Numbered from the stretch's first letter, positions 8,585 to 18,373 are shown. The stretch is DNA of 30,638 nucleotides from Verrucomicrobiota bacterium (GCA_038209745.1 JBBQXJ010000059.1:1-30638), one strand, 5' to 3'. The notes: generated from the letters alone by a model not told the origin. Program-made: numbers and translations.

Positions 8585-9541
8585 ATGAGCGAAACCAGTC
8601 TCCCCTTCGCGGTTCTTCCCCGCACGACCCGGACCGATCTGCCCGCCCCGGCACCGATCGCCGACATCGACCGCAAACCGCTGACCAAGAAAGAAACCTC
8701 CGCCGACCATCCCACTTGGTGCCCCGGCTGCGGCGACTTCTCGGTCCTCGCGCTCTACTTCAAGCTCATTGAACGGAAGAAGATCTGGCACGAGAAGATC
8801 ACCACTGTCGCCGGCATCGGTTGCTCCAGCCGCTTCCCCTACTTCGTCCAGGCCCATGGTGCGCACTTCATCCATGGCCGCGCCTTGCCGTTCGCCAGCG
8901 GCGTTTCCCTGAGCCGGCCCGACCTGCATGTGTTCGTCTTCGGAGGCGACGGCGACGCCTTCTCCATCGGCGGGAACCACTTCACCCACACCGCCCGCAA
9001 GAACATCAAGCTGACCTACGTGGTCATGGACAACCAGGTCTACGGCCTGACCAAGAACCAGACCTCGCCCACGTCCCCCGTCGGCTACAAGTCCAAGACC
9101 GATGTCTGGGGCAGCGGCGACCGTCCAATCATCCCGGTCAAACAAGCCATCGCCGCCGGCGCCTCCTTCGTCGCCCGCACCACCGCCACCAATCCCAACC
9201 ACGTCCTTGCGATGATGGAAGCGGCCATGGAGCACGACGGCTTCAGCTTCATCCAGTGCCTGAGCGAGTGCATTGAATTCTTCCCCGGCGCCTTCGACTC
9301 GGCCACGCCGCGCAAGGGTGGCACCTTCACCGAAGTGCCGAAGGAACACGACGTGACCGACGAATACGCCGCCTACAAGCTCTCCGACACGCCGATGCCC
9401 GGCCATTTCGGCATCTTCTACAACAACCCCCGTCGCACCAAGAACGCCCACGAAGCCAAGATCGTCGCCGACGCGCAGGCCAAGGTCACCGGCCTGGAAG
9501 ACTGGCAGAAGCTCCAGAAAGTGTTCGATCGGCTGAAATAA
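8585..9541 (+). CDS. korB: 2-oxoacid:ferredoxin oxidoreductase beta subunit
   Basis: WCPGCGD, GIGCSSR, HGRALP, the TPP-binding motif GGDGD...DN, and YGLTKNQTSPTS. Start ATG 8585. Confidence 0.9.
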   Translation: MSETSLPFAVLPRTTRTDLPAPAPIADIDRKPLTKKETSADHPTWCPGCGDFSVLALYFKLIERKKIWHEKITTVAGIGCSSRFPYFVQAHGAHFIHGRALPFASGVSLSRPDLHVFVFGGDGDAFSIGGNHFTHTARKNIKLTYVVMDNQVYGLTKNQTSPTSPVGYKSKTDVWGSGDRPIIPVKQAIAAGASFVARTTATNPNHVLAMMEAAMEHDGFSFIQCLSECIEFFPGAFDSATPRKGGTFTEVPKEHDVTDEYAAYKLSDTPMPGHFGIFYNNPRRTKNAHEAKIVADAQAKVTGLEDWQKLQKVFDRLK

Positions 9542-9560
9542 TTTTTCGTTGTCCGTCGCT

Positions 9561-9590
9561 AAAGCCCCGGGAAACCGGGGCTTTTTTGTT
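9561..9590 (+). terminator. Rho-independent terminator after korB
   Basis: aaagccccgg-gaaa-ccggggcttttttgtt. Confidence 0.85.
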
Positions 9591-9592
9591 CC

Positions 9593-10120
9593 ATGACCTC
9601 CACTTCTACCGCCTCGGATCTTTGCCTCGCTTGCGGCCTCTGTTGCGACGGCACGTTGTTCTCCAAGGTGCGGCTGAGCGCGAGCGACGCGGTTAAAACG
9701 CTGCGGACAGCGGGACTGGCCGTGAGTCCCGGAGCGACAGCGGAATTCGCCCAACCCTGCCCCGCGCTCCAGTCGGACTGTCGTTGCCGGGTCTATGCGG
9801 ATCGCCCGGGCCAATGCCGGAAGTTCGAGTGCCGTCTGCTCCAAGCCGTCGCTGCGGAAAAACGTTCCCGGACAGATGCCCTGGCCTTGATCCAAGCCAC
9901 CCGCGCGCAAGCCCACCTCGTCCGCCGCCAACTCCATCGCCTGGGCCAGAATCAAGAGGACCAAGCCCTCAGTCTGCGCTATCAGGAAACCGAAAAGCGG
10001 TTCCGCGCGGGCGAGACAGGTCTGGGCGAGGATCGCGACGAAACGGCCGCCGCCTTTGCCGAACTGACCCTCGCCGTCTACCGCCTCCAGGCGATGCTCC
10101 GACAGGACTTCTACGCGTAA
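9593..10120 (+). CDS. YkgJ-family (CxxCxxCC) cysteine-cluster protein
   Basis: CLACGLCC, CPAL and CRVYADRPGQCRKFEC. Confidence 0.85.
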   Translation: MTSTSTASDLCLACGLCCDGTLFSKVRLSASDAVKTLRTAGLAVSPGATAEFAQPCPALQSDCRCRVYADRPGQCRKFECRLLQAVAAEKRSRTDALALIQATRAQAHLVRRQLHRLGQNQEDQALSLRYQETEKRFRAGETGLGEDRDETAAAFAELTLAVYRLQAMLRQDFYA

Positions 10121-10130
10121 CAGACCGCCG

Positions 10131-10305
10131 AACCGCTAATCTTCGCCAATGGAGGCTAATCTGAAGAGCTTGGCGTGGAAGAAACGGTGACCGTTTTTAT
10201 GCGGGCGGCGCGACGGCAAGCCTTTGTTATCAGCGTCGATCCGCGTCGATCCGCGGTTCAAAATCGGTTTTCGGAATTAGCACCGATCAGCGCAGATTAG
10301 CGGTT
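10131..10305. repeat. Three arrays of 3x10-bp periodic repeats; the outer two are inverted
   Basis: aaccgctaat-cttcgccaat-ggaggctaat (10131-10160) versus the reverse complement of 10276-10305 (aaccgctaat-ctgcgctgat-cggtgctaat). Middle array atcagcgtcg-atccgcgtcg-atccgcggtt at 10229-10258. Confidence 0.7.
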
Positions 10306-10312
10306 TCACATT

Positions 10313-11089
10313 TCAGATCCCCAGCCGCTTGGCCACTTCCTCGGCCAGCACTTCGTAGGCGGCGGCCCCGGTGCTGTATTTGTCGTAGTGGATGATCGGC
10401 TTGCCGAAGCTGGGCGCTTCCGCCAATCGCGTGGTGCGGGGAATCACGGTATCGAAAACTTTGTCGCCGAAATGTTGGCGCACTTCGCCGACCACCTGGT
10501 GGGAGAGATTGGTCCGACCATCGAACATGGTCATGACGACTCCAAGGATGTCCAAGTGCGGATTGATCTCGGACTCCCGGAGCTGGTTCCACAACCGCGT
10601 GATCATCGAAATGCCCTCAAGCGCGTAGTATTCGCACTGCAACGGCACCAGGAGGAAATGGGCGGCGGCAAATGCGTTCAGCGTGAGGATGCCGAGCGAC
10701 GGAGGGCAATCGATCAGGATCACGTCGTAGCGGTCGCTTTCGGCGATGGGCCGGAGCCCTTCCTTGAGCCGCAAGAGATAGTTTTCCTGGCGAGCCAGTT
10801 CGATGTCGGCGCCGCAGAGATCGAGTTCGCTCGGGATCAGGTCCAAGTGCTCGAAGGAGGTCTGCTGGATCTTGTCGACCAACGAACCCTCGCCCAAAAG
10901 CACGCGATAACAGGAGGCGCCCTCGGTCTTCTCAAAGCCGAGTCCGCTGGTGCCGTTGGCCTGCGGATCGAGATCGAGCAGAAGAACCCGTTTGCCCATG
11001 GCGGCGAGACACGCGGCGAGATTGACGGACGTGGTGGTCTTGCCCACGCCACCCTTCTGATTGGAAACGGCTACGATGCTGGATGACAC
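10313..11089 (-). CDS. parA: ParA/Soj-family ATPase
   Basis: Deviant Walker A NQKGGVGKTT, plus DLDPQAN, IDCPPSLG, QCEYYALEG and LAEAPSFG. Probable GTG start at 11089. Confidence 0.88.
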   Translation of the reverse strand: MSSSIVAVSNQKGGVGKTTTSVNLAACLAAMGKRVLLLDLDPQANGTSGLGFEKTEGASCYRVLLGEGSLVDKIQQTSFEHLDLIPSELDLCGADIELARQENYLLRLKEGLRPIAESDRYDVILIDCPPSLGILTLNAFAAAHFLLVPLQCEYYALEGISMITRLWNQLRESEINPHLDILGVVMTMFDGRTNLSHQVVGEVRQHFGDKVFDTVIPRTTRLAEAPSFGKPIIHYDKYSTGAAAYEVLAEEVAKRLGI

Positions 11090-11189
11090 GGAGCAGATTA
11101 AATGAGGCGCGCCGCGACGGAGCAAGGGCGCAGCGTCGGGAAAACCAAATCCTATCCGAGTCGTAACGAGACCAGAGGATCAATCCACG

Positions 11190-11215
11190 AAAAAGGCAGC
11201 CTCATGGGCTGCCTT
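11190..11215 (-). terminator. Terminator ending the ACIII/cco operon
   Basis: aaggcagcc-tcatg-ggctgcctt stem with a T-run on the minus strand, 28 nt past the last cytochrome c stop. Confidence 0.75.
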
Positions 11216-11243
11216 GAAAATCAGGACGTCTGCTCAAAGAAGT

Positions 11244-11852
11244 CTACTTGAGCGGAATGGCCAGCAAGTCCGCAGCCGTCCACTGCTCGCTCTTGCCGGC
11301 TTCTTTGGCCCGGATCGCCTTCACTTCTTCGGGCGTTACCAACGAGCCTTTGTTGCCCCACGTGTTGCGGACGTAGCTGAGCACATTGGCGATCTCGTCG
11401 TCCTTCAATGAGTCCTTCCACGGCACCATGTTGTTGTTGTAGTCCTTGCCGCTGACCTTGATCGGGCCCTGAAGCCCATTAAGAACGATACGGATGATCC
11501 GGGCATGTCCGTCGGCATTGACCCAGTCCGATCCGGCCAACGGTGGGAACAACGGTGCCAAACCCTGGCCGCTGGCCTGATGGCAGGCTGCGCAGTTCTT
11601 TCCGAACACCTGTTTCCCCTTGATAAGTTCAGGCGGAATGTTCGCGGGGGGATGGGCAATCTCCACCTTGGCAAAATCCTGATACGACCCGTAGACGTTC
11701 GGATCGAACGCACCGCCGGAATCGACCAGCCGGGAGATGCCGACGAAGGCGAAGAGACCGAGGAGCGTGACTGCCCAGAGCGGCGTCGGAATGTGGCCCA
11801 CCTTGGGCTCGCGCGACTGCTGGACTTCTGAATTTGTCTTGGAATCGCTCAT
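11244..11852 (-). CDS. Membrane-anchored monohaem cytochrome c
   Basis: N-terminal TM helix, CAACH, FPPLAGSDWV, axial Met region NNMVPW and VLSYVRNTWGN. Confidence 0.88.
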   Translation of the reverse strand: MSDSKTNSEVQQSREPKVGHIPTPLWAVTLLGLFAFVGISRLVDSGGAFDPNVYGSYQDFAKVEIAHPPANIPPELIKGKQVFGKNCAACHQASGQGLAPLFPPLAGSDWVNADGHARIIRIVLNGLQGPIKVSGKDYNNNMVPWKDSLKDDEIANVLSYVRNTWGNKGSLVTPEEVKAIRAKEAGKSEQWTAADLLAIPLK

Positions 11853-11858
11853 CTCCGG

Positions 11859-12587
11859 TTACTTCTTCGCCTCCGGAGAAGCCGCTTCGACCGTGTTGGT
11901 CACGCCGGCCACACCGTTGGTCTTGGGCGCATACATCGGGGCTTCGAACAGGTTCACGTTCTGTTTCAAGCTCAACAGGTAGGCGACCAACTCGGTTGCC
12001 TGCTTCTTGGGAACCACTTCCTCGTCGGGCGCGAGCCGGAGCGCCTTGCGTTGTTCTTCCGAGAAATCCAGCGCTTTGGAGGAGGGTCCGAACTTCACGT
12101 CGACCTTGCGACGCTCGAACAAGTCGCGATAGGGCGGCATGGAGGACTTCTCGACCAGCGCCTGCGGAGAATAGAGATGCATCATCTGCCACTTGGCGTC
12201 CGGGAGGCGGACGCCGACGTTCGACAGATCCGGCGCGAGCCTCTGGGTTCCGAACAGGGCCGGTTGGTCGAAGAGATAGTCGCGATGGACGCTGAAGCGG
12301 CCGTCCTGGGTCCAACGGAGGTCCGCTTGGGTCACGCCGACCTGTTGGCTGTGGCAGTAGTAGCAGCCTTCCTTGCGATAGATCTGGTGGCCTTGTTCGG
12401 CTTGGCCGACTCGGGCCAAGGGATAGATGTCGCCCGGGTCTCCCTCCACCGGAGGGCGTTCAGCGGGTTGCATCTGGCCGGTCGGAACTTGGCGACCCAA
12501 CTGGATCTGCGGAGCCACCACCATACCGGTCCAAGACCCGACAAAGGTCACGAACAGTCCGATGAAAATGAGCGTGACGTGGTTCAT
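11859..12587 (-). CDS. ccoO: cbb3-type oxidase subunit II-like monohaem cytochrome c
   Basis: IYRKEGCYYCHSQQV, FGTQRLAPDLSNVG, HLYSPQ, SSMPPY and LVAYLLSL. Confidence 0.85.
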   Translation of the reverse strand: MNHVTLIFIGLFVTFVGSWTGMVVAPQIQLGRQVPTGQMQPAERPPVEGDPGDIYPLARVGQAEQGHQIYRKEGCYYCHSQQVGVTQADLRWTQDGRFSVHRDYLFDQPALFGTQRLAPDLSNVGVRLPDAKWQMMHLYSPQALVEKSSMPPYRDLFERRKVDVKFGPSSKALDFSEEQRKALRLAPDEEVVPKKQATELVAYLLSLKQNVNLFEAPMYAPKTNGVAGVTNTVEAASPEAKK

Positions 12588-14023
12588 TACCGTTTAGACG
12601 CCGGAGCGGTTTTTGAGCCGAAGAACTCCATGCACGCGGTTTTGATCGAGCCGAGCAATTGGACCAGGATCAACACGGAGGCCACGAACAGTATGATGTA
12701 ACCCAGAGTCGCCGGTCCGATGAATCCGTTGAGGCCGCGGCTGACTTCCGCCGAAGATTTCGAGAGATCGGCCCAGAGCACCGCCTGCTTCATTCCACCC
12801 AAAATGAGCGGCAGAGTGGTGAAGGCGAGGCCAAGCAGAAGGAGAAAAAGGGTCGAGCCCTTGATCACGCCGCGTTCCTTGTTTCCGAGGAGTTCGGGCA
12901 GCATCAGGTTCAAGCCGGCGAACAGAGCCAAGGTGACGACGCCGGTGAAGAAGACGTTCATCAAACCCGGCTGGAAAAGAGTCAGTCCGAGAACGGCGTT
13001 TTTGGCGGGAGCGTAGAAGGCCAGACTGAGGAGCCCGTAGGCGGCCAGTGACTGGATGGAGAGACGGGAGAATCGGAGCGCGGCGGCTTCAGACTTGTCG
13101 GCGGCTTCGGGGGCGCTCGTCTTCCAAAGGGTGTGCACGATCAGGGCGATCGGCACGAGCAGGATGAGATTCGCCGTGCCGCTGACGCTGACAATCCAGC
13201 GGGGAAGCGGGGCCGACGCCATCAATCCACCCCAACCCGCAATGATCGCGAACAGCCAAAAGGCGAACACGGCCGAAGATCGGCTGTAGAGTTCCGTGCG
13301 GGAAACCCGCGCCACGACATAGAGCAGCGCGCCAATGGCGAGGAAACCCAGCCACAGCCAAGTAAAGGCATGGATGAACCACCCGTTGACGCTGAGCTGA
13401 ACGGCGCCCCGGACCGTTTGGAAGAGAAGCGTCCACGTGGCGGTGCCCAAAACCCAGGGGAGGGAGAACAAAGCTCCGACAATGAACCAAGCGGCGGGAT
13501 AGAGCTCCCGTTCTTCGCGGAAGGAAATCGTAATGAGTCCCGACAGGGTAAACACCACCGAAAGGAGTGTCAGGACGGCCAAAATTTGTCTCGGCATTTC
13601 CAACCAGGGAAAACCGGTGTTCGCGCCGCAGAGAATACCGATGATCCCAACGAACACCGCCAAGTTCCAGAGGACCGTGGCGAAGATCACGACCGGGGCC
13701 AAAGCGAGCTTCGAACGGGAAAGGCGGGTCAATATCCAGAGTCCGACCGCAAGGCCGATCTGGGTCAAGAATCCGTAGACCAGGGCGGTGGTGGCTGCGG
13801 GTTGGAGCCGGCCATAGGAGAACGCCGGAAAGTCCGCCAGGAAAAGCGGGCCGTGCATTTTGACGGAGGCCAATACCTGAAGCAGACCGGCGAGCACGAA
13901 CCAACCCAGTCCCTTGATCGTCAGCAACAGCAGGGCTATCCGACCGGCTGCGTCGCCACCGGAGCTTGGGGCGCTCTCGGCGGCGGGAATAGCCGACGTG
14001 GGATTTGAGGATAAAGCGGGCAT
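12587..14023 (-). CDS. CcoN-like (cbb3 subunit I fold) polytopic membrane protein lacking most metal ligands
   Basis: CcoN-like segments SYGRLQP, WLEMP, ELYPAAWF, GWFIH and LYSRSSAVFAFW. Only 3 His in 478 aa. TAATG overlap with ccoO. Start ATG 14023. Confidence 0.75.
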   Translation of the reverse strand: MPALSSNPTSAIPAAESAPSSGGDAAGRIALLLLTIKGLGWFVLAGLLQVLASVKMHGPLFLADFPAFSYGRLQPAATTALVYGFLTQIGLAVGLWILTRLSRSKLALAPVVIFATVLWNLAVFVGIIGILCGANTGFPWLEMPRQILAVLTLLSVVFTLSGLITISFREERELYPAAWFIVGALFSLPWVLGTATWTLLFQTVRGAVQLSVNGWFIHAFTWLWLGFLAIGALLYVVARVSRTELYSRSSAVFAFWLFAIIAGWGGLMASAPLPRWIVSVSGTANLILLVPIALIVHTLWKTSAPEAADKSEAAALRFSRLSIQSLAAYGLLSLAFYAPAKNAVLGLTLFQPGLMNVFFTGVVTLALFAGLNLMLPELLGNKERGVIKGSTLFLLLLGLAFTTLPLILGGMKQAVLWADLSKSSAEVSRGLNGFIGPATLGYIILFVASVLILVQLLGSIKTACMEFFGSKTAPASKR

Positions 14024-14034
14024 GGGCGCGCGGC

Positions 14035-14400
14035 TCACTCGAAGGGATTCGCTTTTTCGGGCAGCTTGGCGGTGGCCTTGTCGAGCCGCTCCAAGAGCGC
14101 CTTGCGTCCGGCGGCGGGGCTCTTCCATTCACGGAGGACGATCTCTTTGGCCGAGTCCACCGGGATCCGGTAGATCTGCCGGGTTCCGTCGATCAACGCG
14201 GCATTGGTCAGCGTGCCGCTCGACGCCGCGAAGATTTCACCGCGGAACTGTAGCCGTTCCTGACGCCGGGCCTCGGTGAGATCCGCCGGCTTCACGGCCG
14301 AGGACACTTTGGCGACGACGACCGCGACGACGGCCACGGCACCGAGGATGCCGATCGCATAGATGACCGCGGACGATTGCTTGCAGCAGGATGAATTCAT
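14035..14400 (-). CDS. Small single-TM ACIII accessory subunit, ActG-like
   Basis: One TM helix plus IYRIPVDSAKEIV, resembling the ActG RIPIxxAM motif. Positioned directly after actF. Confidence 0.55.
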   Translation of the reverse strand: MNSSCCKQSSAVIYAIGILGAVAVVAVVVAKVSSAVKPADLTEARRQERLQFRGEIFAASSGTLTNAALIDGTRQIYRIPVDSAKEIVLREWKSPAAGRKALLERLDKATAKLPEKANPFE

Positions 14401-14415
14401 GGTGCGGCGATGCGG

Positions 14416-15687
14416 TTATTTAAGGCCGAGATGGAGGGCGGCAACGGAGCCTTTGGCCGGCGGCACATAGACACCCATCATTTCCGCCATTCGAGGATCT
14501 TTTTGCGGATAAGCCGGATGGGCCTTGAACATTTTCAGCCAAATGGTGGAAAGGACGCCGGCGAACAAAGCCAAGAACCCGATGTCCGGCAAAGTCAGGA
14601 CAAAGCCCGAAGTATGGAGGGACGGCATGACGTTGAACTGCATGTCCATGTAGTGCATGAGCCACGCCCAGACGATGAGCGGAAACATGATGGCAATGTT
14701 GAGCTTGGCGTCGATGCGGAGCATGGCCAGGAACGGGAGGAAGAAATGCCCGAAGATCATGAGCATGCCCACAAGCCACCAGGAGCCGACTTCGCGGCGC
14801 ACGAACCAGAAGGTTTCCTCGGGCAGATTGGCGTTCCAAATCAGGAAATACTGGGAAAACGCGATGTAGGCGTAGAACACCGTGAAGGCGAAGAACATCG
14901 TGCCGATGGTGTGCATCGTCTTGGGAGTGACGATGGCAGCCAACGGACCGGTCCGCTTCAGGATCAGCGTGATCAAATAGACGGTCGCGTATGTCACCCA
15001 GACGCTTCCGGCGAAATAATAGACGCCGTACATCGTCGAGAAGAACTGGTACATCAGAGACTTCATCAGCATGATGCAGAGGAAGGTCAGTCCCACTCCG
15101 AAGATGTAGATGCCTCCGCCGGTCCAGACCCGGGAGCTCCGGGTCCACTTGGCCGCTCCGTCCTTGTCCTGGTTCAACGAGTTGGAACGCAGCTTCCATG
15201 CAACGAGACTGAGCAGGCTGAAGAAGAAGATGATCGTCGCAAACCAGCCGATCTTGGTGAACAGGGGGTACTTGGCGTGGACGGCGTGGTCCTGCTGGTT
15301 CCAGAGAAAGCTATACAGCCCGCTGTTTTCGTTCAGGGCGAAGAGGGCGATGGGAATCCAGAGGACAAACATCACCGGGATCAGCATCGCCATGTGCTCC
15401 ACGACACGGCGGATCGCGACCGACCAGTTGGCATCGAACAGATGGTGCAAAAGGACGAGGAACAACCCGCCCAGCGCCAAGCTGAGGAAGAACATGTAGG
15501 CGGTGAGGTAGGAGAAGGCGACCTGTTGGAGGCCCGGGACCTTGTGTTCTCCGTCCATGCTTCCGGCCAAGTAGCCGAGAATCACCAGCACGAGGCCGCC
15601 GATGATCATGAACATCGGAACCTTGCCCCAGATGGGACTCAGTTTCAGCGGCTCCTGTTTGTCGTTCGTTTTCGGGTGGGCGCCCAT
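14416..15687 (-). CDS. actF: Alternative complex III subunit F (NrfD-like membrane protein)
   Basis: Polytopic, with ANWSVAIRRVVE, FFSTMYGVYYFA and YIAFSQYFLIWNANLPEET. Operon position agrees. Confidence 0.85.
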   Translation of the reverse strand: MGAHPKTNDKQEPLKLSPIWGKVPMFMIIGGLVLVILGYLAGSMDGEHKVPGLQQVAFSYLTAYMFFLSLALGGLFLVLLHHLFDANWSVAIRRVVEHMAMLIPVMFVLWIPIALFALNENSGLYSFLWNQQDHAVHAKYPLFTKIGWFATIIFFFSLLSLVAWKLRSNSLNQDKDGAAKWTRSSRVWTGGGIYIFGVGLTFLCIMLMKSLMYQFFSTMYGVYYFAGSVWVTYATVYLITLILKRTGPLAAIVTPKTMHTIGTMFFAFTVFYAYIAFSQYFLIWNANLPEETFWFVRREVGSWWLVGMLMIFGHFFLPFLAMLRIDAKLNIAIMFPLIVWAWLMHYMDMQFNVMPSLHTSGFVLTLPDIGFLALFAGVLSTIWLKMFKAHPAYPQKDPRMAEMMGVYVPPAKGSVAALHLGLK

Positions 15688-15705
15688 GGTCTTGTTCTGA
15701 AAAGG

Positions 15706-16320
15706 TTATTTCTTGAGCGTCGCCATCACATCGGCGGGCACGTCGCTCGCCGCAGCCAGACGGCTGATCTGGAGCGCACGCACATAGGCGATGACAGCCC
15801 AGCGGTCCTGGGCGTCCAGCTTGTCGGCATACGCCATCATCGTGTTCTTGCCGTGTGTGATCGTGTGGAAGATCTCGCCGTCGGCCATCTTGACGATCCG
15901 GGGATCATGCAGGTTGGCGGTGGCGGCCATTCCATACTTGGAGGTGACACCTTTGCCGTCGCCCGCAGTGCTGTGGCAGGGGGAGCAGTAGATGTTGAAC
16001 CGTTGCTGGCCTCGCTCGACCAGTCCCGCCGAGACAACGATCGGAATCGCGTCGACGAAGTTGGTCGTTCCCGGTTTGAAGCCGGTGTTGACCTCGTTCG
16101 ACTCGAAGGCGGAACCGCGGGAAACGGTGCCTTCAACCGGCTTCCGGGAAGACAATCCGTCCGGGAAGAAGTTGTTCTTGTCCTCGGGCCTCAGCTTGGG
16201 TTGTCGATCCATGTCGGGAAAGACCTCGATGGGCGGCTTGCGCGACTTGTCGCCACGGAAGCCAGCGACAGCGACGACACCGACGACCAATATGACAAAT
16301 CCTAGAAGGAAATAGCGCAT
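15706..16320 (-). CDS. actE: Alternative complex III subunit E (monohaem cytochrome c)
   Basis: DMDRQPK, PVEGTVSRG, RGQQRFNIYCSPCH and DRWAVIAYVRALQ. Confidence 0.9.
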   Translation of the reverse strand: MRYFLLGFVILVVGVVAVAGFRGDKSRKPPIEVFPDMDRQPKLRPEDKNNFFPDGLSSRKPVEGTVSRGSAFESNEVNTGFKPGTTNFVDAIPIVVSAGLVERGQQRFNIYCSPCHSTAGDGKGVTSKYGMAATANLHDPRIVKMADGEIFHTITHGKNTMMAYADKLDAQDRWAVIAYVRALQISRLAAASDVPADVMATLKK

Positions 16321-16901
16321 TACTCCTCCACCAACTCGATGTGCTTGCTGCCGGTCGATTCCAGCAACTTGCGGGTTTCCGTCTCGGAATAGCGCGGATC
16401 GGCGGTCTCGATCGCGATGAAGAACTTGTCGTTGTTGGCGCCGAGTTCAAAACGGCGGTTCTTGAACAACGGGTTGTACCACTTCGGGAGGCGGTTCAGG
16501 AAGAAGATGCCGAAGACGGACCCGAATGCCGCCAGAAGGATCGTCAACTCATAGGACACCGGGAAGGCGAAGAGAGGACTGAAGAGCGGTTTGCCGCCAA
16601 CCACGATCGGATAATCCACGGCGCCCATCCACCAGATCATGGTCATGCCGATGGTGAAGCCGGCAACCCCACCGAGGAACGTGAAGTATCCCACCGGCGA
16701 GTTCTTGAGGCCCATGGCCTCGTCCATTCCGTGGACGGGAAAAGGGCTGTGGACGTCCCAAATTTTGTAGCCGGCGTCACGGACCTGTTCAGCGGCGTGC
16801 ATCGCGTCGGCCGGATTCTCATATTGCGCCAGAATGGCAAACGGACGGCCGACTGTGGGACTGATCGAGGTTTCCGGCTGCGATTGGGAAGCAGTGTTCA
16901 T
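16320..16901 (-). CDS. actD: Alternative complex III subunit D (DUF3341)
   Basis: DVHSPFPVHGMDEAMG, DYPIVVGGKP and FPVSYELTIL, with two TM helices. Confidence 0.9.
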   Translation of the reverse strand: MNTASQSQPETSISPTVGRPFAILAQYENPADAMHAAEQVRDAGYKIWDVHSPFPVHGMDEAMGLKNSPVGYFTFLGGVAGFTIGMTMIWWMGAVDYPIVVGGKPLFSPLFAFPVSYELTILLAAFGSVFGIFFLNRLPKWYNPLFKNRRFELGANNDKFFIAIETADPRYSETETRKLLESTGSKHIELVEE

Positions 16902-18373
16902 CAGTGTTGCCCTCCTTTAGCGCCACCCAGCGGATGGTGCGGATCGGCCTGCGGGGTCACACCCTTCACCTCCGAGATGGCGATGACGGGGAGGAACTTC
17001 ATGAACAGCAGAAACAGCGTCATGAACAAGGCGAAGGAACCGACGAAGGTCAATATGTCGACCCAGGTCGGGCTGAACATACCCCAGTTCGAGGGCATGA
17101 AATCACGGTGCAGCGAGGTGACGATGATGTTGAACCGCTCAAACCACATGCCGATGTTCACGAAGATCGAGATGATCCAGACGAAGATCATGCTGCTGCG
17201 CAGTTTCTTGAACCAAAACAAGTGCGGCGTGAAGACATTGCAGATCATCATGGTCCAGTAGGCCCACCAGTAAGGCGCCGGATCGACATGGAACAGCGGA
17301 CCGAAGATGAACGGGTCGGCCACGCGGTTGCGGATGAACAGATCCAGCTCGTAGGGATTGCCGCCATACCAGGCTATGAAGAACTCCATGATGTAGGCGT
17401 AGCCCACCATCGAGCCAGTACCGAGGATCACCTTGCACATCAGGTCGATGTGCCGCTTGGTGATGATGTCTTCCAGTTTACAGAGCGAACGGAGCGGGAT
17501 CAACAGGGTCAAGACCATGCCAAAACCGGAGAAGATCGCACCCGCCACGAAGTAAGGCGGGAAGATCGTGGTGTGCCAGCCAGGAAGCTGGGAGACGGCG
17601 AAGTCGAACGACACGATCGAGTGGACGGAGAGCACCAGCGGGGTGGCCAGTCCGGCCAGGATCAAATAGGCCTTTTCGTAGTTCGACCAATGCCGGTTGG
17701 CACCACTCCATCCGAAGGCGAAGAGACCGTAGAAGAACTTCTTCACCTTGGTTTTCGCCCGGTCACGCATCAGGCCCAAGTCGGGAATGAGCCCGACATA
17801 CCAGAAGAGGAGCGACACCGTCCCGTAGGTCGAGACCGCGAACACGTCCCACAGCAAAGGGGAGCGGAACTGCGGCCAAATGCCGTTTGAATTAGGAAAT
17901 GGGATCAAATAACCGGGATAGAGGGCAAACCAGACCCGGCCCGTGTGGACCACGGGAAAGATACCGGCGCAAACCACGGCGAAAAGAGTCATGGCCTCGG
18001 CGGAACGGTTGATCGAGGTTCGCCATTTCTGCCGAAGGAGGAAGAGCACGGCCGAGATCAGGGTTCCCGCGTGGCCAATACCGATCCAGAAGACGAAATT
18101 AGTGATGTCCCAAGCCCAAGCCACGGGTTGGTTCAAGCCCCAGACCCCGATACCGGTGGAAATGAGGTAGGCGATCATGGTGGCCATCATCAGAGTGCCA
18201 CCGGCACTGACGATGAAGGCGGGCCACCACCACTTGGCGGCCTTGCCTTCGGCGATACCGGCGATCTGGTCCGAAATCCATGAGAGCGGACGATTGTTGA
18301 GGACCAGGGGTTCCCGTTCGAGTTCAGCGGGCGGTCCCTGGACCTTCGGGGCGGTAGGAGCGACGGAGGCCAT
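16901..18373 (-). CDS. actC: Alternative complex III subunit C (NrfD/PsrC-type quinol-binding)
   Basis: [62 protein letters not shown] and [19 protein letters not shown]. Confidence 0.93.
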   Translation of the reverse strand: MASVAPTAPKVQGPPAELEREPLVLNNRPLSWISDQIAGIAEGKAAKWWWPAFIVSAGGTLMMATMIAYLISTGIGVWGLNQPVAWAWDITNFVFWIGIGHAGTLISAVLFLLRQKWRTSINRSAEAMTLFAVVCAGIFPVVHTGRVWFALYPGYLIPFPNSNGIWPQFRSPLLWDVFAVSTYGTVSLLFWYVGLIPDLGLMRDRAKTKVKKFFYGLFAFGWSGANRHWSNYEKAYLILAGLATPLVLSVHSIVSFDFAVSQLPGWHTTIFPPYFVAGAIFSGFGMVLTLLIPLRSLCKLEDIITKRHIDLMCKVILGTGSMVGYAYIMEFFIAWYGGNPYELDLFIRNRVADPFIFGPLFHVDPAPYWWAYWTMMICNVFTPHLFWFKKLRSSMIFVWIISIFVNIGMWFERFNIIVTSLHRDFMPSNWGMFSPTWVDILTFVGSFALFMTLFLLFMKFLPVIAISEVKGVTPQADPHHPLGGAKGGQH

